A stretch of 64,000 nt of DNA, from contig OX597814.1 of assembly GCA_951406725.2 (NCBI GenBank), positions 184,946,001-185,010,000 of the forward strand. The letters run 5' to 3'. The stretch's first letter is position 1; every line of letters starts with the position of its first letter. This DNA is from Octopus vulgaris. Taxonomy: Eukaryota. Below the pieces are notes generated by a model. The model searched no databases, was not told the origin of the DNA, and saw only the letters and a list, made by a program, of their open reading frames with translations. The translations under genes were made by a program, and so were the position numbers. Below, one piece after another: positions 11,558 to 23,367 of this stretch.

Positions 11558-13560
11558 CAGACAGCAGCATATTCCCTAATGAACAGAAAGGATGTAAACG
11601 TGGATCCTACGGCTGTAAAGACCAACTACTCATCAATAAGATGATCTTAGAAGATTGTCACAAACGACACAAAAACTTATCAATAGCCTGGATAGACTAT
11701 AAAAAGGCTTTTGATAGCCTACCACATAGCTGGATTAGGAAATGCCTTGAAATGTATAAGATAGCACCAACTCTGCGAAACTTCTTGACTGTAAGTATGA
11801 GATCATGGAGAACCACACTAACTCTGAACAGTGACTGTGAATCCCTAAATGCTGGTGATGTAAAAATTTCGTGTGGCATTTTCCAGGGTGACTCACTGTC
11901 ACCACTCCTCTTTTGTTTATCCTTAATACCTCTCTCAAAGCTGCTCAATGACGCGCAGTACGGGTATAAAATGTTTGATAAAAATATAAATCATCTCGTT
12001 TACATGGATGATTTAAAGCTTTTTGCAAAAAATGATCAACAACTCAAGGGCTTACTAGCGATAGTCAAACAATTCAGTGACGACATCAGAATGCAATTCG
12101 GCCTCGATAAATGTGCAAAGGCTACCTTTATCAAAGGAAAAATGACAGAAACATCTAACGTTAACCTTGACCAACAGAATGTCATAAAAGAACTAGACCC
12201 AGCGGAGAGCTACAAGTACCTAGGGGTAATTGAAGGGAACGGAATAAGGCATTCAGAGATGAAGGAAAGGATCAGGAGAGAATGCTATCGAAGAGTGAGA
12301 TCAATACTCAAGACAGAGCTGAATGCAAGAAACAGGATCGAAGCAATCAATGCATTAGCTATACCAGTCGTGACTTACAGTTTCAATATTGTTAACTGGT
12401 CAATTACTGAAATATGTCAGCTCGACAGAAAAATAAGGAAACTGTTGACGATGCATAGAATGCACCACCCTAAGGCAGATACAGAACGACTCTATCTGCC
12501 AAGAAAGGAGGGAGGTCGTGGTCTTTTGCAACTGGCAATAACAATGAAGATTGCTACAATTGGCCTAGACACCTACCTGAAAAACTCTGAGGACTGGATG
12601 TTAAAACTTGTCTCAAAATATGAAAACAAGAAAGCATCATACTCAGTCACAAAACAGGCAAAGGAATATCTAAGTGAATTCCGAATACAACCAATTTCGG
12701 AATTAGAGATAGACATACAAGAAACAAGCACAGAAAAAGCTAGGCGCATGAAAACCCGTGCCAAAACTGCGGCCTTAGATATTCTGAATAATAAATGGCA
12801 AGAAAAACCTCTCTACGGCAAATACCCAAAGAGAGCGAATAATGCAGATATCGACAAAGCCCTGACCCATCAATGGCTAATGGCCTCTGGCTTAAAATCT
12901 GAAACAGAGGGGTTTATCATAGCAGATCAAGATCAATGCCTACCAACAAGAAACTACCAGGCCAACATATTAAAGATCAGAAGCAGTCCAACGTGTCGTG
13001 TATGCAAGCAACAAAATGAAACCATTGACCATGTGGTCTCCAAGTGCAGTCTTCTAGCGCCTACAGAGTATCTCAACAGGCACGATAGAGCTGCACAATA
13101 TATTCACTGGGTAATCTGTAAAAACCTGGATTTGCCCCATGAAAAAAACTGGTGGGAACACAAACCACCCCCAGTGCTTGAAAATGACCACATCTCACTC
13201 CTCTGGAACTTCACCATTCAAACTGACAGGAAGATAGATGCAAATAGGCCAGACATCATATTGAAAGACTTCAAACAAAGAACATGCCTCCTCATTGATA
13301 TGACTGTCCCAATCGATATAAACGTATCTGTCAGGACCTACCAAAAACTGAGCAAATATAAAGATCTTGAAATAGAAATCAGCAAAATGTGGAAGCTGAA
13401 GACTAAAACAATACCTGTTGTCATAGGTGCCCTGGGAATGATAGAAAAAGGGGCTGATAGCTACCTAACTCAGATACCAGGAAACCCAAAAATGGCAGAA
13501 GTTCAAAAGATAGTGCTCATGGGAACTGCTCATATCCTACGCAAAATACTCTCTATGTAA
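11554..13560 (+). CDS. R4/Dong ORF, RT core + zinc knuckle + restriction-like endonuclease (continuation in -1 frame)
   Basis: [58 protein letters not shown]-x8-H-x4-C, RHD, RPDII..LIDMTVP, KLSKY; no internal stops. Confidence 0.92.
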   Translation, partial: LTDSSIFPNEQKGCKRGSYGCKDQLLINKMILEDCHKRHKNLSIAWIDYKKAFDSLPHSWIRKCLEMYKIAPTLRNFLTVSMRSWRTTLTLNSDCESLNAGDVKISCGIFQGDSLSPLLFCLSLIPLSKLLNDAQYGYKMFDKNINHLVYMDDLKLFAKNDQQLKGLLAIVKQFSDDIRMQFGLDKCAKATFIKGKMTETSNVNLDQQNVIKELDPAESYKYLGVIEGNGIRHSEMKERIRRECYRRVRSILKTELNARNRIEAINALAIPVVTYSFNIVNWSITEICQLDRKIRKLLTMHRMHHPKADTERLYLPRKEGGRGLLQLAITMKIATIGLDTYLKNSEDWMLKLVSKYENKKASYSVTKQAKEYLSEFRIQPISELEIDIQETSTEKARRMKTRAKTAALDILNNKWQEKPLYGKYPKRANNADIDKALTHQWLMASGLKSETEGFIIADQDQCLPTRNYQANILKIRSSPTCRVCKQQNETIDHVVSKCSLLAPTEYLNRHDRAAQYIHWVICKNLDLPHEKNWWEHKPPPVLENDHISLLWNFTIQTDRKIDANRPDIILKDFKQRTCLLIDMTVPIDINVSVRTYQKLSKYKDLEIEISKMWKLKTKTIPVVIGALGMIEKGADSYLTQIPGNPKMAEVQKIVLMGTAHILRKILSM

Positions 13561-13591
13561 CCTCAAGGTTTAAAACAACCATAATTTTCGG

Positions 13592-13622
<31 letters not shown>

Positions 13623-13779
13623 TTTTTTTTTAGACATTCATTAGTACAACATCCCCACCCCCAAATAGATGCCACACTAGGCATAACAACAACATGAACT
13701 TCCAACCCTGTTGTCTCTTGAGGTCTCAGGGTGAGACTTGGAGCCAACTTGTACAAATATAAAGCAAAAGTCAAACATA

Positions 13780-13849
<70 letters not shown>

Positions 13850-13939
13850 AAGAAGAAGAAGAAAGCTGCACAGACTTAGCACGTATCTGTGTATCTACAA
13901 CTACGGTATGTTGTTTTCAAGCTGTAAGCTGACGAAATA

Positions 13940-14270
13940 GGAGCTGGGGCAAGGCACAACGGTCAGGTGATGAGTTATAACGGAAGCTACCTCTGCGCAT
14001 CCTTTCAAGTATAGCTTCCTTTCAGCCCATTTCAAAATGTGGCTAACCACTCTGCTCATAATTTCGCCCCAGTTTCTTTCTACTTGAAGATCCGGATCAA
14101 ATCAAACCACGAGTTTCACCGGCCCATTTCCCACCGACTTGTCCGAATTTATCATTACTTCTGTTGTTGCCTAATATTCGTTTAGAATGGAGACGACTAC
14201 TTCCATTTCTATGACGTCCGGCAGTATTTCAGTGATATTATTCGCATACACCGAACAGTTCTTTGTGTGT
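13940..14270 (-). pseudogene. L1/Tx1-like reverse transcriptase relic
   Basis: Minus strand: SVYANNITEI (YADD degenerate)...INSDKSVG...FDPDLQVERNWGEI...WAERKLYLKGCAEV...LTVVPCP. Confidence 0.6.
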
Positions 14271-14616
14271 CAGTTAAAGATGCGTTCATTTACTAGAAAC
14301 GAAGTCAGAACTTAAAGAGCCGAAGAAATACAGCCAGCAATTTTGTCCGACTCTGTAGCGTTGGGCAGAATGTTTTGCGGTACCTCTTTGAGAATATTTA
14401 TTTATATGTTCTTCATCTTAGGCTTAAGTATACGGTCTGCATCCAGAAGGCAACACAGGGAGATTTTTCAACGACATTGAATCTAATAGCCTTTAAACTA
14501 TGAAAGCTTAAACCAGACTGAAAATTTGCTTATCTTTTATTCAATTTCAGTTATACAATAATTCGTCCTTGAAATGTTGAACATAATTCTTGACATAGTT
14601 TTATTTTCCAAAACCT

Positions 14617-14940
14617 TTAACCTTTGAATATTTAAAAAGTAGACCTACAAAATTTATCTCCAACTCAGCTTATTTTCACTAACAACTTTACATTGCTCTA
14701 TGGCTATCTTATGATCCTTATCAATGTCATATTACCGAACATTCGGTTACCGAATTCAATTGCGTTGCTGTCTCGTTTAACCTTTGAATATTTAAAAACT
14801 AGACCTACAAAATTTATCTCCCATTCAGCTTATTTTCACTAACTAACAAGTTTACATTCCTGTATGGCTATCTTATGATCTTTATCAATGTCGTATTACC
14901 GAACATTCGGTTACCGAATTCAATTGCATTGCTGTCTCGT
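14617..14940. repeat. Local tandem duplication, 2 x ~160 bp
   Basis: Units 14617-14776 and 14777-14940 both begin TTAACCTTTGAATATTTAAAAA and end TTGCTGTCTCGT; few substitutions. Confidence 0.9.
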
Positions 14941-15108
14941 TAATTCAGTTACGTGAAGTTGTTTAGTTTCAGCCAAGCATCCAGTTAAAAGCATTATTAA
15001 CGCTAGCAGAATTGTTGGGACAATCCAAAAATGCCTTACGGTATTTATTCTAGCTATTTATATTCTAAGTTCAAATGCAACAGAGGGAAATTTTTGTCGT
15101 TGTTGTTG

Positions 15109-15190
<82 letters not shown>

Positions 15191-15217
15191 CATTATCATC
15201 ATCATTATTATTATTAT

Positions 15218-15700
15218 TGAGTGAGAGAGCAGAGCATACCATCAAAGTGACACTGGGCTAAAATATACGAAGCCCAGTATACCCATCATGACTACTCGTC
15301 TGATAATGGTATACTAGGCACATGCATCACAACCACATGTGCGCGACATGATGATCTCATATCAAGATAAACAGCATATGACCTTGCAGGTGGGGCCCAG
15401 TTTCCAAAGGTGAATTATACAAACCTCCAAGAATTCCTTTCAACACACGGCTATGATGCTCCCCCACTACTTCTGCTCGTGATCAGAGATGCACATATCG
15501 TCAGCCACTAAGGGACATGCTCAACTGGTTACGGTCAAACAACTGACGAGCAAATCTGTGGTATTGAGCAGAATATTTGCTGAAGCCCATCTTTTATACC
15601 AAGACAAAACAATGTACATGGTAACACTTCCAATCAGTTAAGATGAGAAGTCATGAGAGTCACTGCCTGGTACTGCATCAGGATATTGGTGACCCCGACG
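15218..15700 (-). mobile_element. Non-coding TAA-embedded repeat (copy 2, internal deletion)
   Basis: Reverse complement of 8297-8730 plus extra 5' sequence; flanked by (TTA)n on both sides. Confidence 0.8.
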
Positions 15701-15725
15701 TGATTTATTATTATTATTATTATTA

Positions 15726-15807
<82 letters not shown>

Positions 15808-15810
<3 letters not shown>

Positions 15811-16010
15811 ATATCTTTATTTTTATAGTGTGCTTTCACTTCACTACAGCGCGCAGCTCTGTGTGCCTTGGGTATGTGCTGTGGTTTTCTGTGATGTTCT
15901 TATGGTTACTGTATTGAAAGCGTTTTGCGTAGGATGTGTGTAGTGCCCAATAGTGCAATTTTCAGTGTGTTATATATATTGTAATTCCTGGTGTTTTTGT
16001 TATGTATTAT
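15808..16010 (-). mobile_element. 3' fragment of second R4/Dong family
   Basis: Minus strand encodes KIALLGTTHILRKTLSIQ* (cf. [17 protein letters not shown]) followed by a 3' UTR running into (AAT)n. Confidence 0.75.
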
Positions 16011-16037
16011 GTATTATTATTATTGTTATCATTATTA

Positions 16038-16103
<66 letters not shown>

Positions 16104-16582
16104 GGAAAACGGATAGATAAAGTCATTTAAGCGTAGGACGAAATGCTCTACAACGCTTCTGGAGAGTCGGTGGTATCGACAACTGCCCCCATTACTCAAA
16201 ATTTGCTGGCTTTATGCCTACATCAGAAACCATTAGCCTTATTTTTCTTTTTATCTGTTATTCATTTCTGTCGGAATATGTAGTTGACATTACAAGTAAG
16301 AGTTACTAATTATTTCAACTTATCAGCTTACTTGGAGATATGGTTGTGGAGGAATGTTTGATAATTTGTGTATACTGAAATTTCAGGCAATATGTTGGTA
16401 CTTATTTTGCAATATTCGTATATAATCTTACATACTTTGTGTTCAAATATTCCCCAAAAATAAACTGTTTCTTTCATATTAGCTGTAATTAAATCTCACC
16501 AACATAAAATATTTTGACATGTTCGTATAAAGTGTACGTATGTAGACAACTAAAGTGATGTGTATGTGTGTACGTATGTATG

Positions 16583-16668
<86 letters not shown>

Positions 16669-16927
16669 ATGTTAATGTGTGTTTATGTACATTTAAGGGT
16701 GGGTGTTTTTAATTTTGGAAACACACAAATAATTGTGAAATTACGTTATCAGAGATTTTATTTCTTGGACTGAATTTCTTAAATGCATTTTTATTAAACT
16801 TCAGCGAAAATTTTAGAACCAAAATATGTGGGCGCGTATAAGAGAGACAGAATGACTCAGTGTGTATCCATATATGTATTATGTATGTATGTATGTATGT
16901 ATGTATGTATGTATGTATGTATGTATG

Positions 16928-16962
<35 letters not shown>

Positions 16963-17052
16963 TCAAGATAGAACCGGTAATTTTGCAACGATTGTCACTG
17001 GAACTACTATGGTGACTGAGAGAGTGGTAAAAGTGTTGTACAAGCTTTTGTC

Positions 17053-17352
17053 CACCTGGCCACTGGTGGTAGTGTAACACACCATACTAATCATATCTGT
17101 CGGGCATGTGGAAGAGAGTGTAATTCGGCAGGAGGACTTAAACGACATGCAAAGGTACATGAAGCCCAGTTACAACTACAGCCGGCTATTACAGGTAAAG
17201 GTTTTAGTTGCCAATTCTGTACAAGACGTTGTAGATCTTTAGCTGGGCTAAAAAGTCACATTCGATCACAGCACCAGTAACAGTTAAGCTTCTTGCAATG
17301 GCCATACTCGATAACGACGTGGGCAGCCATCATGTATGTATGTATGTATGTA
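17053..17352 (+). mobile_element. 5'-truncated RTE-like LINE 3' end with two C2H2 zinc fingers and (ATGT)n tail
   Basis: Frame 17053-17280: ...CRACGRECNSAGGLKRHAKVH...CQFCTRRCRSLAGLKSHIRSQHQ*; short UTR, then (ATGT)n; flanked by ~92-bp direct repeats. Confidence 0.75.
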
Positions 17353-17790
17353 TATAATCAAGATAGAACCGGTAATTTTGCAACGCTTGTCGCTGGAGCT
17401 TACTACAGTAACCGAGAGTGGCAAAAGTGTTGTACAAGCTTTTGTCACTTAAATCCAGTGACATACACCTATCTCACTAGCATTTCGTTTCTTCGTTCGT
17501 TTTTGTATTTTATAAAGTCATATGGTGATGAATGCGTGGCTGGAAAGTCATATACGCTCTCATACAAGGATGAAAGTAAAGCAGAACAATCAAACAAAAC
17601 GTGAGACGATTATCGTCTGACAGGATGAGGTAATCGTATATGCAGTAGCGGCCGTAATATAAGGGTTAGTAAGAACAAGTGTATTGAAATAGTTATTATA
17701 GAAGATTAACATCATGTTGAGACTAGATATTTAACGCATATTTAGATATATCGAATATCTATCTTTCGTGAAAATTTGAAGTAAATGGAA

Positions 17791-18304
17791 TACTCTCTTT
17801 TACTCTCTTTTACTTGTTTCAGTCATTTGACTGCGGCCATGCTGGAGCACCGCCTTTAGTCGAGCAAATCGACCCCAAGACTTATTCTTTGTAACATTTC
17901 TAACATTTGTGGGAATACAATTTCCCAACCTTTATTATCGTTTACTCTTTTACTTGCTTCAGTCATGTGACTGTGGCCATGCTGGAGCACCGCCTTTAGT
18001 CGAGCAAATCGACCCCAAGACTTATTCTTTGTAAGCCTAGTACTTATTCTATCGGTGTCTCTTGCCGAATTGCTAAGTGACGGGGACGTAAACACACCAC
18101 CATCGGTTGTCAAGCGATGTTGGGGGGGCCGGAACAAAAACAGGTTCATAAACATATATATATACATATATATACATATATACGATGGGCTTCTTTCAGT
18201 TTCCGTCTACCAAATCGACTCACAAGGCTTTGGTCGACCCAAGGCTTTAGTAGAAGACACTCAAGGTGCCACGCACTAGCACTGAACCCGGACCGTGCGG
18301 TTGG
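17791..18304 (-). mobile_element. Two nested/tandem group A SINEs
   Basis: Tail fragment 17791-17894, then a near-complete copy 17941-18304 carrying an extra 3' segment. Confidence 0.85.
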
Positions 18305-18851
18305 GAGTTTCATTTTACAGTTTATTTATGAAGAAGGGACGCTAGATCCTATGAGCCTTTTTTCCCCCTCAGAATCCCCCAGATTGTTAGGAGAAAGAAA
18401 GGAAAATATCCTGAAGCCGGAAACCAGAGCCGAATATTGTCACACCCAAGAAATGAAATGATTTATCGAGCTAGGCGACTCATTAATTTTGCCACCCAAG
18501 AAGGCCATGTTAAAGCAGGAACGGTGCAGGCAACGAGCCGGAACACATACGCAAAGGACAACCTAACTAGCGCTCTAGTATTCTACTAGTGCACTGAACA
18601 AAACTGTTACTTTATTTTACTGACCTTCAGAAGGACGCAAGCCAAAGTTGATTTTGGAAGGATTTGAACTCGGAGCACAGAGATACGGAACATAGCGCAA
18701 GGTTATTTTTGTCCATGATTCAGTCACTTCGGCTCTTGTGTGAGTATGTGTGTATATCTGTGTATAGTATGTATTAATATGTGTATGTTTGTATGTGTGT
18801 GTGTGAGAGAGAGTGAGTATAAGTATGTTTTCACTAAGGTAGTGGAGCAAT

Positions 18852-19097
18852 TACTCTTACTCTTGCTCTTTTACTCTTTTACTTGTTTCAGTCATTTGAC
18901 TGCGGCCATGCTGGAGCACCGCCTTTAGTCGAACAAATCGACCCCAGGACTTATTTTCTGTAAGCCTAGTACTTATTCTCTCGGTCTCCTTTGCCGAACA
19001 GCTAATTTACGGAGGACGTAAACGCACCAGCATCGGTTGTCAAGCGATGCTGGCGGGGGACAAACACAGACACACAAACATACACACACACATACAT

Positions 19098-19138
<41 letters not shown>

Positions 19139-19308
19139 AATATACGACGGGCTTCTTTCAGTTTCCGTCTACCAAATCCACTCACAAGGCTTTGGTCGGC
19201 CCGAGGCTATAGTAGAAGACACCTGCCCAAGGTGCCACGCAGTGGGACTGAACCCAGAACCATGTGGGTGGTAAGCAAGCTACTTACCCCACAGCCACTC
19301 CTGCGCCT
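18852..19308 (-). mobile_element. Full-length group A SINE (tRNA head + CORE-like domain + internal microsatellite)
   Basis: Head GGCGCAGGAGTGGCTGTG..., B-box-like GGGTTCAGTCCC, GGCACCTTGGGCA(A/G)GTG CORE-like motif, (AAAAGAGT)n-type tail. Confidence 0.9.
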
Positions 19309-19345
19309 ATTTAGTGATTTTTCAATGAAATTATATTGTTTTATT

Positions 19346-19769
19346 GTTTATTCTTTTATTTGTTTCAACCATTTTATTGAGGTCAGGCTGGAGCACGGCC
19401 TTAGAGGATTTTGGTCGAAGAAATTGATCGCAGGACGTATTCCTTGTAAGCTTACTACTTATTCCAATGGTCTCTTTTGCCGAACAAATAACTTACGGGG
19501 AGGTAAACATACCATCACCGGCTGTGAAGAGGTGACGGGTGGGAGGGGGACAAACATAGACGTAAAGACACACAAACATAGGTATAAACAAAAATATAAA
19601 CATATACGATGGGCTTCTTTCAGTTTCCGACTACCAATTCCACTCACAATGCTTTGGTCGACTTGAGGATATAGTTGAAGACTTTTGACAAAGGCGCCAT
19701 GCAGTAGGACTGAACCCGTAACCATGTGGTTGGGAAACAAGCTTCTTACCACACAGCTACTCCCGCGCC
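19346..19769 (-). mobile_element. Older group A SINE
   Basis: Colinear but diverged copy of 18852-19308. Confidence 0.8.
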
Positions 19770-20039
19770 TATCGTTCAAATTCCCAAGGAAATTATACGA
19801 CTTACGATATAACAGTTCAGGGTGTATTTTTTTATGTACTGTAGTAAATTCTGCTATTTTTATAAGGCGTAAAGCTAATTGTCAGAAAACGAGGTTCTAG
19901 TTTAATAGGATTCGGTATTTACGGTTATTTAATCCAGTGCAAATATGTTTTGCTGACTCATCAGCCTCTATGATATAGTACAATATATCATACTATATAC
20001 AATGGTATTATATTCATATAGCATATGTTCATATATATA

Positions 20040-20507
20040 CAGGGTGCAGTGAATAAAATGTCGTCTAAATTACGCAAAAATGAAAATAAAACTGACATCT
20101 CATTTTAACAGATATATTTACCAAAATTACATTAAAATATTTTGAAATACTAAAGAGTAAATTTATTTAATAAAATCTCCATTGGTTCAAACCACGGCCT
20201 CCAGATGACTTCGGAATCTCCTGCAATTCTTCTGGACGGTCACCTAGTTTAAATTGGGGAATGCTGCCATAATACTTGTCTTCAGGTCATCTTTGGTGTT
20301 ACAAGGAGTTTTGTTGGTCTCCCGCTCAACTACGCCCCACACATAATAATGAAGGGGTGGCCAGATTTTAGAGGTGATGTGGTCGCAGAAATTGTCTGAC
20401 AGCCATGACTGGGTTCTCCTGTTTGTGTGACATGGGGCAGAGTCCTGTTGCCAGACATAGGGTCTTCCAGCAGCCAGCCTCTTGACCCATGGCAGTACTA
20501 CCTCTTC
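20040..20507 (-). mobile_element. Tc1/mariner-superfamily transposon 3' half (family 1)
   Basis: Minus strand: VVLPWVKRLAAGRPYVWQQDSAPCHT...WLSDNF...YYVWGVVERETNKTPCNTKDDLK; terminus TA|CAGGGTG at 20038-20046. Confidence 0.8.
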
Positions 20508-20848
20508 ACACAGCTAAAGTTGTTACTGAATGGCACGAGAAACATTCTAGTGAAGTTGAACATCTTATCTGGCCACCATAGTCCCCAGATCTCAATATTA
20601 CTCAACATTTATGGTGCATTTTGGAAAAACAAGTAGGGAGTCGATATCCTCCACCATCATCACTACAAGAACTGGAGACTGTTTTAGCTGAAGAATGGAC
20701 AAAAATTCCTTTGGAAACAATTCAAACTTTGTACGAGTCCATACCTCGTAGAATTCAGCTGTAATTACTGTCAAAGGCGGTCCTACCCCATATTAAAATA
20801 AATTTGTTTGAAATTTTAAGGTGTTTCTATTATTTTGTCTAAGCCCTG
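20505..20848 (+). mobile_element. Tc1 transposon 3' half (family 2)
   Basis: HTAKVVTEWH...WPP*SPDLNITQHLW...LQELETVLAEEWTKIP...YESIPRRI..KGGPTPY*; terminus CCCTG|TA. Confidence 0.85.
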
Positions 20849-21061
20849 TATATGTATATGTATTTACGTATATTTGTCTATCTATATATTTATATACGGC
20901 GGGGGGGGGGGTGTTAAAAAGTTTCAGACTTAGTTTTTCTAAGTCCTGTAGAAGAACTGGGATGGGTGGGCCGCCAGCTAAGCCTTTCCCGGCCCACTTA
21001 AAACCAGGAACTTGTCATTACCCACCTCTTATATATGTATGTATGTATGTATGTAGGTAGG

Positions 21062-21110
<49 letters not shown>

Positions 21111-21724
21111 ATATGTATGTATGTATATATGTTTCTCTGCGCATGTTTGTGTGCGTATGTGTGTGTGTCCTCCAATGTATATTCGAGAAGGATATGAACG
21201 TCAGTGACAGACCGAATATCCGGTGTCGATTCCATTCTATCCTCGCTGTCAGAAGTGCAGCGAACCTAGGCTTTGCTCGTTAGAAATCTGTAAGCAACGA
21301 CACTGTCGTTCACAAATTTCAATATGAAGTGAAACATTTTTAATGCAAAGCAGATGTGGTGAAGAAAGCAAGACGATGCGCCAACACAGTCAAAGTCTTC
21401 ACATGTACCAAATTTAATCAAGCAAACAAAATACAAACTGCGCTGTAAAAACACTAAATTCAACTCACCATGAATTATACTAGTCACGCCTGATCTATTA
21501 ATCTCGCGACATCATTATCCTTCCCACAATAAGCATAATGCCACATTTGTTGTTATTTTTCAGGATAACTACGTTTCATTGACCTCAGTAATTAACGGCT
21601 ACTTACTTCATCGACCTCGAAAGGAGAAAAAGCAGTGCCAACCCCGGTGGAATTTGAATTCAGAACGTGAAAACGGAGGAAACGCTTGTAAGCATTTTCG
21701 GCATGCTAAAACATTCTCGCGGTC

Positions 21725-22028
21725 GCACATGGCCTAGTGGTTAGAGCAGCGGACTCGCGTTCGAGGGATCGCGGGTTCGAATCTCAGACCGGGCGATGTG
21801 TGTGTTTATGAGCAAACACCTAAGCTCCACGAGGCTCCGGCAGAAGGTAATGGCGAACTTCTGCTGACTCTTTCATCACAACTTTCTCTCACTCTTTCCT
21901 CCTGCGTATTGCAGCTCACCTGCGACGGACCGGCGTCCCGTCCAGGTGGGGACACTATACGCCAAGTAAACCGGGAAACCGGCCTTATGAGCCAGGCGTG
22001 GCTCGAGAAGGAACAAAGAAACAAACAA
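21725..22028 (+). mobile_element. tRNA(Arg-like)-derived SINE (group C) with V-SINE-like segment
   Basis: A box TGGCCTAGTGG, B box GGTTCGAATC, CCTGCGACGGACCGGCGTCCCGTCCAGG segment; homologue at 60829-61126 (-). Confidence 0.8.
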
Positions 22029-22124
22029 TGAAATCTTTATAAAATCTAAACCTGTCATATAAGCAAGACATGATGCGTTGGAGAATGAATGTGACGGCAG
22101 GCCGCCTTCATGATGATAATAACG

Positions 22125-22320
22125 GTTTCAAATTTTGACACAAGGCCAGCAATTTTAGGGAAAGTGGTAAGTCGATAACATTGACCTTATTGCTCGATTG
22201 GTACTTATTTCATAGACCCCGAGAGGATACAAGGCAAAATTAGCCTCGGCGGAATTTGAACTCGGAACGTATACATGGACGAAATGCCGCTAAGCATTTC
22301 GTCTGGCGTGGTAGTGAGAT
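22125..22320 (-). mobile_element. Diverged group B SINE
   Basis: Reverse-complement B domain and B box (CGGCGGAATTTGAACTC). Confidence 0.6.
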
Positions 22321-22334
22321 TGCTCAACGAGTAA

Positions 22335-22371
<37 letters not shown>

Positions 22372-22376
22372 CGATA

Positions 22377-22414
<38 letters not shown>

Positions 22415-22716
22415 ACGATTCTTCGTTCGTGGATTCATATAGATATTTTCAACCACGCGCACACACACAGGCGCTCACATACACACACGCACATATACAC
22501 ACACACACACACAAATATATATATATACACACATCTATATCTATATCTCTCTATATATGTTTGTTCCAGGTTCGGTCCCACTGCGTAGCACTTTGGGCAA
22601 GTGTCTTCTACTGTAGCCTCGAGCTGACCAAGCCCCTGTGAGTGGATTTCGTAGAAAGAAACAAAGAAGCCCGTCGTATACACACACACACACACACACA
22701 CATACACACACACACA

Positions 22717-22779
<63 letters not shown>

Positions 22780-23054
22780 GGGTTTGTATGACTGTGTATA
22801 GAGGGATATATATTATTCAAAGGAATTCCAACTCTAGATAAGAGTTTCTCAACCATTTTTTATCTATAGACACCTTTGATTACTCTGTTTTTATTCTGGT
22901 GGATTCTCATAACCATTCAATGTTTAAAAACTAGTTTTGTAGAAATTTCTTTAAAAATTCCAATTTTGATTTTCTCGCATTAACTTGTGTTGGTTGAGTT
23001 ATGTAAAATATTGAGCAAAAAGACCTAGTTCTTTTTTGCAATACATACCAATAC

Positions 23055-23367
23055 ATATTCTTTATAATATTAATGTAGAATATAGAATATATAGTATAAA
23101 TAGTATATATATAGTAAAATGAAATGAAGTATTGATTGTCTTATTGAATAGATGAAATACTGAATATAAAATATTAAGGGACTAGTAAACTTTCTTGCAT
23201 TAAAGACCTTGAAGACTGCTTTAATGCAAGAAAGTATACTAGTCCTTTAATATTTGATATTCAGTATTTCATCTATTCAATAAGACAATCAATACTTCAT
23301 TTCATTTTACTATATATACTATTTATACTATATATTCTATATTCTACATTAATATTATAAAGAATAT
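23055..23367. repeat. Near-perfect ~313-bp palindrome (arms ~150 bp, 13-nt spacer) centred on a hammerhead-like motif
   Basis: 23055-23205 is the reverse complement of 23219-23367 with few mismatches; centre reads ATTAAAGAC-CTTGAAGA-CTGC tttaat GCAA-GAAA-GTATAC-TA-GTCCTTTAAT. Confidence 0.9.

Larger units (their letters stand above)
8795..13780 (+). mobile_element. Near full-length R4/Dong-clade non-LTR retrotransposon inserted in (TAA)n
   Basis: RT + CCHC + RLE ORF, ~220-bp 3' UTR, (AAT)n on both flanks (8731-8794, 13781-13820). The 5' boundary is inferred from the end of the upstream TAA tract. Confidence 0.9.

Noticed and set aside
17098-17280. Possible host C2H2 zinc-finger exon
   Set aside because: No TGEKP linker; it has an RTE-type terminal finger pattern, a microsatellite tail and flanking direct repeats.
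21240-21420. Possible mariner N-terminal relic (EVQRT...RNDTVV)
   Set aside because: Similarity too weak to support by eye.
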